A stretch of 64,000 nt of DNA from a virus, in IMG/VR virus record IMGVR_UViG_3300024221_000009, positions 27,387 to 91,386 of that record; one strand, given 5' to 3'. Below, piece by piece: positions 31,380 through 40,246 of this stretch. The notes below the pieces were generated by a model that did no database searches, was not told the origin of the DNA, and saw nothing but the letters and a program-made list of their open reading frames with translations. Made by a program: the position numbers and the translations under genes. Within the stretch, counting starts at the first letter, position 1; the number at the start of each line of letters is the position of its first letter.

Positions 31380-33263
31380 ATGGCACTTAAAAAATTAAGA
31401 GAACATTTTCAAGAAACTAATATTAATGAGTTTCATAGATTGTTAAAAAATAGAGTAATGGTTGTTGAAAAAATTTCAGCACCATCTTTTTATGTTAGAA
31501 GAAATGAAGAAAAATTTGAATTTTATAAATCTTCAAAATCTAAACCTCTAACAATAATAGATAGAACTATTATGTCTCTTTACGAAGTTGCCATTAAACA
31601 TATACAAAGTTTAAATCCTAAAAGTAAAAAACAATTACCAGATAATTATAGATTTGGTTTTGAATATTTACCAGAAGAAAAGGTTTCTGAATATGTATAC
31701 ACTAAAATACCTAAAAATACTTTAATATTAACGCACATCCACCAACTAGGTGAAAACGGAAAAGTAAAAAAGACAATTATAGATCCTTTAATTATAAAAA
31801 AATGGGCTACCGTATTAGAAGTACAACAACAAGAAGTTATATTTGACGGAACTTTAGATTCAACTCAAAAAGAAAAGCTTATTAATTTATTAGAAATGAA
31901 TGATAAAGCTTTTTCTGAGGCATTTGACTACGATATAGAAACGGATAAATTAGTTTCTTTCACAAAAGAAATATACAAGATATTTAATATTAATTCAACA
32001 TCAAGCGTTCTTCAAGAGGATTTAGAATCTGAAATAGATGGTTTAGTTTTAAATTTTGCTGAAGGTAAAAAAATACAATCTTATAAATTAGAAGATTTTA
32101 TTAGAAAACCTTTAAATGAAATTAGAGAAGGTTCTCATACATATCAAATAGCAATCGCAGATATATTAGAATATTTTGTTAATTATAATTTTTCAGAAAC
32201 AAATTTAGTTGAAGAAAATGCAGAAAAAAGATATATAGAATTAATCTCAGCAGCATTTAACAAATACGTTAATAAAAACGCAACAAGATATATTGGAGTT
32301 AATTTCCAAAATGCAGAATTTTCTTCTTCTAAATTATTTAATTTAAATACAACATTCATTAAAAACGAAAAAACATTAACACATGTTTCAAATGAAGTTT
32401 TATCAAGTTTATTTAAAATAACATTAGGTACTTTTAGAAAGCATAAAACGAAAGCAACAGATATATTAAATGATGATATGATATCTCAATTAAATAATAT
32501 AGTTGATAAAATCAATGATGTTGTTTTTCTAGAAAAAGCAGACGAAAATTCTATATATAATTATAAGAATTTTATGATGCATAACAATATAAAAAGCGAA
32601 GTAACTTTAAATGAAGCGCTAACTGTTAAGCACGCTGAGCAAGGTAAAGAATTAGTAAATATGTTCGTTGGTAGATTTCAGCCATTCACATTAGGACACG
32701 CCAAAGTTTTAGAAGCAATTCACAAACAAAATGGATATCCAGTTATTGTATTTTTAATTAAAGCAAAATCTAAAAAGAAAGGTGACGAATTTAGAAAACC
32801 TTATTCTGAAGATTTACAAATTAAAATGTTTAAACAAGTTCAAAAGCAATATAAATTCTTAAAAGAAATTATAGTTCTTGATAGAGGTGCAATTGATTAT
32901 ATGTTTAACGAATTAAGACCTAAATACGAGCCAGTACTTTGGGGAACAGGATCAGACAGAATGACTTCTTATGGATATCAAGTAAATAATGATTCTTATA
33001 GAGATCAATTAAATGTAAGATCCGATTTTGGTTTATTTGAAATACCAAGAACAGATAATAATATTTCAGCAACACAAGTAAGAAACGCAATGTTAGACGG
33101 TGATGAATCTTTATTTAAAAAGACTACCCCAAAGGCAATTCATAAAATGTATGATGTTTTAAAGTCTGAACTTGAAAAATCTATGGAGATGGTTGCAGCT
33201 TCTAAAGTTGTATCAGAATCCGTTATGACATTTCAAGAATATATGAATAAATTAAAATCATAA
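31380..33263 (+). CDS. Degenerate ligase-like domain fused to a HIGH-family (cytidylyl/adenylyl) nucleotidyltransferase
   Basis: N-part has VVEKISAP (eroded KxDG) and IDGLVL. After LNE|A comes GRFQPFTLGH...ISATQVR. C-terminal CTS-like VMTFQEYM. Confidence 0.7.
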   Translation: MALKKLREHFQETNINEFHRLLKNRVMVVEKISAPSFYVRRNEEKFEFYKSSKSKPLTIIDRTIMSLYEVAIKHIQSLNPKSKKQLPDNYRFGFEYLPEEKVSEYVYTKIPKNTLILTHIHQLGENGKVKKTIIDPLIIKKWATVLEVQQQEVIFDGTLDSTQKEKLINLLEMNDKAFSEAFDYDIETDKLVSFTKEIYKIFNINSTSSVLQEDLESEIDGLVLNFAEGKKIQSYKLEDFIRKPLNEIREGSHTYQIAIADILEYFVNYNFSETNLVEENAEKRYIELISAAFNKYVNKNATRYIGVNFQNAEFSSSKLFNLNTTFIKNEKTLTHVSNEVLSSLFKITLGTFRKHKTKATDILNDDMISQLNNIVDKINDVVFLEKADENSIYNYKNFMMHNNIKSEVTLNEALTVKHAEQGKELVNMFVGRFQPFTLGHAKVLEAIHKQNGYPVIVFLIKAKSKKKGDEFRKPYSEDLQIKMFKQVQKQYKFLKEIIVLDRGAIDYMFNELRPKYEPVLWGTGSDRMTSYGYQVNNDSYRDQLNVRSDFGLFEIPRTDNNISATQVRNAMLDGDESLFKKTTPKAIHKMYDVLKSELEKSMEMVAASKVVSESVMTFQEYMNKLKS

Positions 33264-33310
33264 ATAAATAAAGAATATATAATCTTATAATATAAAACAA
33301 AATAAAAGTC

Positions 33311-35521
33311 ATGGATAAATCACACTTTAATCAAGATGATAGAGTAGATGAAGGGAAAATAACAATAAAAAGACGTTATACTGAAAACTACCCTGCAAAA
33401 ACTGTTGGTAAATCAGCAAAAATAAGAAACAAAATGTTGGAAGCAATTTCGGACGGGGCTATTACCCAAGAAGAATTTGATTCTATCATAGCAGAATTAT
33501 CATCTGATTCAAAAAGATGGTTATCTCGTAATTCTAGGTTATTTAATATTACAGAGGCTGGAATAACATTAACAGGGTTAGGTAGAAAGATTTTATCTCA
33601 AATTACAGTAAATGAAAAAACAGAAAAGAATCCAGAAATATGGGTTCCTGGAAAATTTGATAAAGAAGTTTCTAAATTATCAGCTGATGAATTAACACTA
33701 GACAATATAAAAAAATTATCAAAAAAACATAGAGTATTTTTACAAGATGCAATAGCGTATGTTGAATATAGCTTCGATGTTGATATTGTAGAAAATAAAG
33801 AAAATAATATGAAAACAAAATTAGTATTTGAATCTTTCGGAGATTTTGTAAACTCATTAGATAAAAATAATGAAGAATTAAACGAAGGCACTAGAGGCCA
33901 ATTCGGAATGATTGATAAAAAAGGAAATATACAGTCAGTATATATGCATTATGATTCATATCCTGAAAACATTCTACCATTAATAAAAAGAGGTTACGGA
34001 AACTCTAAAAAAGTACAAGCAGTTATTGATAGAGGAGATACTTCTGGATTAGATAAAACAGTTGATACTATGAATTTCTATGAAGATGGTAGAAAGCCAA
34101 CTTCAGGTAAAAAAGCAGACATTGCACGTTATATTAAAAAAGCAGCTGATGATGGTGGAGCAGAATACATCTATTTATATGATGAGTCTGATAAAACTTG
34201 GTACATGGTTGATGTTTATGGAGACATGCAATTAGTTCCTGCATTTGAATCAGTAATTAATGAAGCTGTAAACGCAACTGCTTATATTAAAGCTGGTAAA
34301 TTAGGTTATAATGATCAATTCTTAGCAAAGAGATCTTTATCATGGACATTATCAGTTGACTTAGGTCTAAAAGCATCTGATGAATTTGTCGGACCATGGT
34401 TAGGATTCGATTATGTATCATTATATGCTATTGGTAAAAAAGGAGGAACAATTATTGATGATGCCTTAACTGGTAAATATACTTATGACGAATTAAAAGC
34501 AGCAGCAGCTGATTTTTTAGGTATTAAAGAATCAGAAGAAGCTTTAGGTGAATCAGAAGATACTGAACTTAATGAAGCATTTAAATCTTCTAAATTAAGA
34601 AATTTAGTAAATATGGATCAATCACAACGTGATGGATATGGTAAAGCAAGAAATTTAGCAGCTGCTATTTATGGATTATCAAAACTAAAATTAGATAAAA
34701 TTGAAGATTCTTCTTTAATTGATGTAGATCCTAAAGAAGCTTATAAAAAATATCAAAACAATAGAGACTATTTAGTTTTTTATATAGTAGACAACGAAAA
34801 AGAAAATGAATACAGCAAAGGTTCATTTACATCATTAATAAAACCAGGTATTTTAGCTTTAACCAGAGGAAAAGACTTTTTATCAGTTCAATATGTTCAA
34901 TCTAGAAATAGATCAGTTGATCGTACTTTAGGAAAAGATGATGGTAATGCAATTGGTGGTAATAAAAGATATTCTGGATATGATGCATCGGGTATTTCTT
35001 CAGTTGTAAGAGCTTCTAAATTAGCAGACAGAGCAATTGTAATTGATATTGTTAATGGTGGCGAAACTTCAAAAGAAGAAAGAAACGAAAGAGCAAGAGC
35101 AAAAGAAGGAGCTTTAGCTTTTAAATCTGACGCAGACTTTAAGAAAGCTAACAAGGCAAGATACCAAGAAATCTTATCAACTAAAGCTTCTAAGTTACCT
35201 CTTGATAAAATGGTTAATGACGCTATTGATGATTTAGGAAATCAAATTAAAGATGGTCTTAAGGCTAATAAAAAGACAGAATACGGAGAGCTTAAAATTG
35301 GAGAAAATTCTAAAGGTAGAGCAGTTAAAATCACAGATGCTTCAAACCACATGGGTAGAATCTTATCTGATTATCAAAGATATGTTGAATACATGGTAAA
35401 AGCAGAAGAAGAAAAAGGTAGAGATTATTCATCAGGATATTACGAAAAGAATTCAAAACAATACGCTAAAGATATTAAAGATGCAGTTAAAAAAATACCT
35501 ACGTTCGATTACGCTTGGTAA
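33311..35521 (+). CDS. Modular polyprotein B, predicted internal head (cargo) protein
   Basis: Linkers VDE|G, VNE|K, LNE|G, INE|A and LNE|A. Internal CTS-like MKTKLVFESFGDFVN at 33809. Late promoter at 33274. Confidence 0.65.
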   Translation: MDKSHFNQDDRVDEGKITIKRRYTENYPAKTVGKSAKIRNKMLEAISDGAITQEEFDSIIAELSSDSKRWLSRNSRLFNITEAGITLTGLGRKILSQITVNEKTEKNPEIWVPGKFDKEVSKLSADELTLDNIKKLSKKHRVFLQDAIAYVEYSFDVDIVENKENNMKTKLVFESFGDFVNSLDKNNEELNEGTRGQFGMIDKKGNIQSVYMHYDSYPENILPLIKRGYGNSKKVQAVIDRGDTSGLDKTVDTMNFYEDGRKPTSGKKADIARYIKKAADDGGAEYIYLYDESDKTWYMVDVYGDMQLVPAFESVINEAVNATAYIKAGKLGYNDQFLAKRSLSWTLSVDLGLKASDEFVGPWLGFDYVSLYAIGKKGGTIIDDALTGKYTYDELKAAAADFLGIKESEEALGESEDTELNEAFKSSKLRNLVNMDQSQRDGYGKARNLAAAIYGLSKLKLDKIEDSSLIDVDPKEAYKKYQNNRDYLVFYIVDNEKENEYSKGSFTSLIKPGILALTRGKDFLSVQYVQSRNRSVDRTLGKDDGNAIGGNKRYSGYDASGISSVVRASKLADRAIVIDIVNGGETSKEERNERARAKEGALAFKSDADFKKANKARYQEILSTKASKLPLDKMVNDAIDDLGNQIKDGLKANKKTEYGELKIGENSKGRAVKITDASNHMGRILSDYQRYVEYMVKAEEEKGRDYSSGYYEKNSKQYAKDIKDAVKKIPTFDYAW

Positions 35522-35522
35522 T

Positions 35523-37004
35523 ATGAAAACAATGTATACATCATTTAGCGAATTTTCAAGAGGGATTAAAGAAAACATTTCACCAGAAAGTATTGGAGGA
35601 ATGGGAGATGTTATATTACCGAATGGTGATGAACTAGGTTCTGGCGATATTCCTTCTGAAGAAGATGATGAAAATAAAGAAAAAATAAATACAAAATCTA
35701 TGGATTTTAATAGTTTTATAAACAAATCAACGGTTAGTAAATTAGTCATTGAGAAATCAGCAACAGATACTCTAGCGGATGATGTTTCTGGAGAATTATA
35801 TATTGCAAAACTTAAAGGCAAGTCAGCTACTATTAAAGCAACGACTACGACAAAGACATGGGATGATGGAGTCCCGGTATTAAAGTATTTAGCAAGAGGT
35901 AAAAGTAAATCAATGTCTTTTGATTTATATCAAAGACCTTTTCAAGTGGTACACGACTATGCACATGGCTGGTGGTACTTCACAGATGGTGGAAAATGGT
36001 ACGGATTGCACGTAAGCGACGGTTATAGTGAAGCTGCTGATTTACCATTCGATATGCAAATTCCAGAAAACAAAATACAAGAAGGTGTTATGTCTGACAT
36101 TCACCAAATGATAGGTAATCATAAAACTTTTGATTCATTTCAAAAAGAATTCTTTAAAGAATATGGAGATAATAAAGCTATGAAAAAAACCAAAGACTTT
36201 TTAGAATGGCTAGAAGCTTTATATTCAGATTCACAATATGCAGTATCTGAGGCAAGACCAGGTACTTACACGTACCAAATGGATAGTGAAGGAAATACTA
36301 GAAAAGTATTACCGCCATATTATGGTAATTCAGAACTTCATGATAAATCAAAAGAACTATTTAAAAAACCATGGAAAAAGCTTAGTGATAAACAACAAGA
36401 TGAAGTTTTAGCAGCCTTTGAAATAGTTGAAGCAAGATCAATTGCAAAAATACAAAAAGAATATGGAAGTGTAGTAACTGATATGAAAGATCTTGTTAAA
36501 GATTATGTAAAAATGTCAGATGATAATTCTGAAAAAGCTAAGACAAGACAATTACTTATAGATTTAACTTCTAAGAAAAAATCATTAATGTCAGAATTAG
36601 ATGACGCAGTAGGTATCAAAGATTTAAATATTGAATTAGCAGAATCAGTAAATGAATCAATGAGTTCTTACTATTTCACGAGTCCTAGCGAATACGGTCA
36701 ATTTGCAAATGAAGCACCTGCAAAGGGTGAAACTAAATATTTAGTAATGGCTACTAATAAAGCAAACTTTAATGGTCAAGAAATTAGACTAGAAGGTGGA
36801 GTTAGATTTGGTTCAACCTCTAAAAAAGAAATTTTAGGAGTTTTTGATAAAGAATCAGAAGCTTTAACATTTTATAAATCAGCTATGAAAAAACCAGAAG
36901 GAACATTTGTTTCTTTCTCAATGGGAACGGTTGTCGGTGAAACTAAATTTAGATCGCAATATACTGAAATTCAAGGATATTTAGCAACTGCAAAGGTAAA
37001 ATAA
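35523..37004 (+). CDS. Modular polyprotein C, predicted internal head (cargo) protein
   Basis: ATG 35523, one base after the upstream stop, gives CTS-like MKTMYTSFSEFSRGIKE. Linkers VIE|K, IQE|G, VSE|A, IVE|A and VNE|S. Confidence 0.62.
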   Translation: MKTMYTSFSEFSRGIKENISPESIGGMGDVILPNGDELGSGDIPSEEDDENKEKINTKSMDFNSFINKSTVSKLVIEKSATDTLADDVSGELYIAKLKGKSATIKATTTTKTWDDGVPVLKYLARGKSKSMSFDLYQRPFQVVHDYAHGWWYFTDGGKWYGLHVSDGYSEAADLPFDMQIPENKIQEGVMSDIHQMIGNHKTFDSFQKEFFKEYGDNKAMKKTKDFLEWLEALYSDSQYAVSEARPGTYTYQMDSEGNTRKVLPPYYGNSELHDKSKELFKKPWKKLSDKQQDEVLAAFEIVEARSIAKIQKEYGSVVTDMKDLVKDYVKMSDDNSEKAKTRQLLIDLTSKKKSLMSELDDAVGIKDLNIELAESVNESMSSYYFTSPSEYGQFANEAPAKGETKYLVMATNKANFNGQEIRLEGGVRFGSTSKKEILGVFDKESEALTFYKSAMKKPEGTFVSFSMGTVVGETKFRSQYTEIQGYLATAKVK

Positions 37005-37045
37005 TAATTTCGCGTATCAACGAAACACGTCAACAATATACTGTT

Positions 37046-37073
37046 GAAACAATTTTAAAAGTCTCTGTATAAT
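37046..37073 (+). promoter_or_regulatory. Middle-type promoter GAAAC-N17-TATAAT (mgsA operon)
   Basis: Same motif and spacing as the other five sites. Confidence 0.7.
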
Positions 37074-37090
37074 CTACAGAGACTTTTTTA
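37057..37090 (+). terminator. Intrinsic terminator after polyprotein C
   Basis: Perfect 13-bp inverted repeat AAAAGTCTCTGTA/TACAGAGACTTTT plus a T tract. Confidence 0.75.
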
Positions 37091-37102
37091 TTTAAATAGT
37101 AT

Positions 37103-37480
37103 ATGAAAATAGCTTTAATAGCGCACGACAACAAAAAAGCTGACATGGTCGCTTTTGTATCAAAAAGATTACCTTTCTTTAATAGAAAGGATATTACTAT
37201 TGTAACCACTGGAACAACGGGAAAACACGTTATGCATGCTGGGATAGAAGACGTTATTAAAGTAAATTCAGGGCCACTTGGAGGAGATGCTCAGATAGCA
37301 GCAATGGTTACTGAAGGTGAAATAGATTTAGTTATCTTTTTAAGAGATCCATTAGGCAAACATCCACATGATGTTGATATCAGTATGTTAATGCGATTAT
37401 GCGACGTTCATGATATACCTCTCGCAACAAATTATAGAACAGCAAGCTACTTAGTTAAATATTTAAAATCTTGTAAATAA
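37103..37480 (+). CDS. mgsA: Methylglyoxal synthase
   Basis: IALIAHDNKK, TGTTG, SGPLGGDAQI, DPLxxHPHDVD and IPLATN motifs. Confidence 0.95.
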   Translation: MKIALIAHDNKKADMVAFVSKRLPFFNRKDITIVTTGTTGKHVMHAGIEDVIKVNSGPLGGDAQIAAMVTEGEIDLVIFLRDPLGKHPHDVDISMLMRLCDVHDIPLATNYRTASYLVKYLKSCK

Positions 37481-37716
37481 TGGAAATGTTTTTATTTAAA
37501 CCGGATAATTATAAAGAATGGTCAGATAGCGCTATTAAAAAAATAATAAAAGTTGTAGATTCATGTATCAGTGATGACCATTTAGACTCTGCTAAACAAA
37601 TGATAGATCATTTTATTTTAATGCTTGCCTTAAATGAAACTTACTCAGAAGAAACTGTACAAGATATATCAAAACAATTATATTTATATTTAAATATTAA
37701 AAAATCTAATATATGA
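37480..37716 (+). CDS. Hypothetical protein, 78 aa
   Basis: Translationally coupled ORF with a KVVDSC...HL helical pattern. Confidence 0.5.
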   Translation: MEMFLFKPDNYKEWSDSAIKKIIKVVDSCISDDHLDSAKQMIDHFILMLALNETYSEETVQDISKQLYLYLNIKKSNI

Positions 37717-38288
37717 GTTCTAAAACAAAAATAGGATTTACAGCAGGAAACTTTGATCTATTACACCCTGGCTATATTTATACATTTGAAACTGCAAAAC
37801 AACACTGTGATCACTTCATAGTTTTTCTACAAATTGATCCATCTGAAACAAGATTCACGAAATATAAACCAGTAATACCTTTATATGAAAGATATAAAAC
37901 TTTAATGGCAATACAATACGTTGATGAAGTTATAACATATCAAACAGAAGAAGATCTAATTAAATTAATAAAATTCTATAAACCTGATGTTAGAATATTA
38001 GGAGAAGACTATATTGGTAAAGGATTTACAGGAGATGATTTACCCCCTAAGGTAATTTATACAACGCGATCACATAACTGGTCAACTACTAAACTCAAGG
38101 ATTTAATTACAATGCAAACTATTAAGCAAAATCCTGAAATAGTAGATAGAGCTAAGAATGAAAAAGAACAAACGTCTCACCAAAGATTAATGTTAGCAAT
38201 TAGAGATCAAATTGCACAACATGCTGAAGGTAATTTAACTGAGGCACAATATAAATCAGCAATTAAAGAATTATTAGAAGAATCATGA
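37713..38288 (+). CDS. Cytidylyltransferase (TagD/RfaE-like, HIGH superfamily)
   Basis: AGNFDLLHPGY, KP...ER, YVDEV, LGEDY and RSHNWSTT motifs. Confidence 0.8.
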   Translation: MSSKTKIGFTAGNFDLLHPGYIYTFETAKQHCDHFIVFLQIDPSETRFTKYKPVIPLYERYKTLMAIQYVDEVITYQTEEDLIKLIKFYKPDVRILGEDYIGKGFTGDDLPPKVIYTTRSHNWSTTKLKDLITMQTIKQNPEIVDRAKNEKEQTSHQRLMLAIRDQIAQHAEGNLTEAQYKSAIKELLEES

Positions 38289-39220
38289 GAATAATCGTAA
38301 CAGGAGGACTTGGATTTATTGGATCATCTTTTGTAAATTTATTAAACAGAAGAATACCAAACGCTAAGATAGTTATTTTAGATAAAATGACGTACGCTGC
38401 TAATCCTAACAATATAATTAAACCAACAAGTATCATTAAAAAAGATATATGTGATGTGACTCCTGATGATTTAGGATCTTATGACTATATTGTACATTTC
38501 GCCGCAGAAAGCCACGTTGATAACTCTATTAAAAATGGAAGGCCATTTGTTAGAACTAATGTTGAAGGTACTTTTAACTTATTAGAGTGTGCAAGACAAA
38601 ACCCTGATCTTAAAAAGTTTATTCATATTTCAACAGATGAGGTTTATGGAGATATGGCAGATATTGGATTACTAGCAGAAGCAAATGAAGCATATAGTTT
38701 ATCAGCATCTTCATATTATTCAGCAACAAAAGCTTCAAGTGATTTATTAGTTGAAGCAGCGGGTAGAACCTTTGGTTTACCATATTTAATTACAAGAACT
38801 TGCAATAACTATGGAGAACATCAAAATGAAGAAAAATTCATTCCTAAAATAATGAAGTCAATTGCCAATGATTTAACAATACCAGTATATGGAGATGGTA
38901 AGCAAGTTAGAGAGTGGATTGATTGCGAAGACAACGTACAAATTATATATGAACTTATGTTATCAGATCTAGAAGGTGAGGTTTATAACATTGGCTCTGG
39001 AGAGAGATATGAAAACATAGAAATTATAAATATGATCGGAGAAATGTTAGGAAAAACTCCTAAGTTTGAATTTGTTAAAGACAGATTAGGGCATGATCGT
39101 AGATATGCAATAAACTCAACTCGAGTTAGAGAAATATTCTCAGATTGGGAAACTCTTTCATTTCAAGAGTTTTTATTAGAACAAGTAAATACATTAAAAT
39201 TAAAACAAGAACAATTATGA
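38285..39220 (+). CDS. rfbB: dTDP-glucose 4,6-dehydratase
   Basis: TGGLGFIGS, HFAAESHVDNSI, STDEVYG, YSATK, NNYG, GDGKQVREW and DRLGHDRRY motifs. Confidence 0.93.
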   Translation: MRIIVTGGLGFIGSSFVNLLNRRIPNAKIVILDKMTYAANPNNIIKPTSIIKKDICDVTPDDLGSYDYIVHFAAESHVDNSIKNGRPFVRTNVEGTFNLLECARQNPDLKKFIHISTDEVYGDMADIGLLAEANEAYSLSASSYYSATKASSDLLVEAAGRTFGLPYLITRTCNNYGEHQNEEKFIPKIMKSIANDLTIPVYGDGKQVREWIDCEDNVQIIYELMLSDLEGEVYNIGSGERYENIEIINMIGEMLGKTPKFEFVKDRLGHDRRYAINSTRVREIFSDWETLSFQEFLLEQVNTLKLKQEQL

Positions 39221-39438
39221 ACATTAAATTAATTAAAATGCTTAAGTCATCAGCAGAAGCTGATAAAGCAAAAGCTCTTTTATCCTTAGATTTATTAGGA
39301 AATAAAGGAACAGGTATTGGAGACCACTCAACTGGAGATTTTTATACTAACGCTGAAGAAGCACTGGCAATGTTAGTTGATGCAGATGATAGATTAGGGG
39401 CTATTGAAAAATACTTCCCAGCAGTTGAACAACTTTAA
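39217..39438 (+). CDS. Conserved phage hypothetical protein, 73 aa
   Basis: ATG at 39217 overlaps the rfbB stop. Helical hairpin with a GIGDH motif, as seen in T4-like phage hypotheticals. Confidence 0.55.
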   Translation: MNIKLIKMLKSSAEADKAKALLSLDLLGNKGTGIGDHSTGDFYTNAEEALAMLVDADDRLGAIEKYFPAVEQL

Positions 39439-39461
39439 AAAAGTGAATATTTTTTAAAAAT

Positions 39462-39495
39462 AAAGGCCCAAACATTTTTTTGTTTGGGTTTTTTT
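39462..39495 (+). terminator. Intrinsic terminator
   Basis: GGCCCAAACA/TGTTTGGGTT stem plus a T tract. Confidence 0.7.
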
Positions 39496-39498
39496 GTT

Positions 39499-39510
39499 TA
39501 TATTAGTAGT
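39499..39510 (+). promoter_or_regulatory. Host-type (Bacteroidota -7-like) promoter TATATTAGTAGT
   Basis: Second copy of the same 15-mer, with upstream TTTG. Confidence 0.5.
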
Positions 39511-39516
39511 ATAATT

Positions 39517-39657
39517 ATGGAAGAAAAAAGCAAAAAATTAAAAGAAGTAAACCTAACACTACAAGAGTGGTTAGACGCTTTACGTATGCCTACTCCCGTA
39601 AGAAATAAAAAAAAATACAGACGTACAAAGAAACATAAAAACAAAGGTGATGAGTAA
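39517..39657 (+). CDS. 46-aa basic protein with an ArfA-like tail (not in the ORF track)
   Basis: Manual translation MEEKSKKLKEVNLTLQEWLDALRMPTPVRNKKKYRRTKKHKNKGDE, directly behind a promoter. Confidence 0.6.
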   Translation: MEEKSKKLKEVNLTLQEWLDALRMPTPVRNKKKYRRTKKHKNKGDE

Positions 39658-40246
39658 CAGAACATTTACATGGTGGAGACGCTTTCATTCTCCAATAAAG
39701 TTAAAGAAGAATCAAATGTGGAAAGGATATCCTCAATTACTACAGAGAATTGAATTTGGAGAATTTGAGTACTGTCATCTTTCTGAAGAATGTCTTTTAG
39801 AAGAAGAGCTATATAAACTTGAAGAAATAGAAATTCGTAAAGAACTTGTAAGATCTGACGAAGATGCAATACAAGAAAAATTATTTGATCGAAGAAAGCT
39901 TAAAAATAAAAGAGTAAAGCTTATGATGCAAGCTCATTTAAAAAAAGAACATGAAATATTAAAAAGTCTTAAGGAAAATCTATGTAAAGAATTTAATATG
40001 TCAAATGAATTTATAAATAACTTCTTTGATACCTTCGATGGAGACACACGTCAATTATATTACTGTTTAAGAGCAGTTGCTAATAAAAAACCTATTCCAT
40101 CTAATATCGATATAGATAAATATCCTAGAGCGTTTGTACAGCAACCTAGACACGTGTTAAAACATGAACATCGTGGATTAAATAAAATATGGAAAAAAGT
40201 AGTAAAACAAAATAAAATTTGGAATGCGTATGGAATCACAGATTAA
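39650..40246 (+). CDS. Hypothetical protein
   Basis: About 198-aa ORF with FTWWRRF and a coiled-coil region. No recognised family. Confidence 0.55.
   Translation: MSNRTFTWWRRFHSPIKLKKNQMWKGYPQLLQRIEFGEFEYCHLSEECLLEEELYKLEEIEIRKELVRSDEDAIQEKLFDRRKLKNKRVKLMMQAHLKKEHEILKSLKENLCKEFNMSNEFINNFFDTFDGDTRQLYYCLRAVANKKPIPSNIDIDKYPRAFVQQPRHVLKHEHRGLNKIWKKVVKQNKIWNAYGITD

Noticed and set aside
35481-35525. Programmed frameshift fusing polyproteins B and C at an A7 run
   Set aside because: The overlap is short and a good ATG with a CTS-like start lies one base after the stop, so translational coupling is the simpler explanation.
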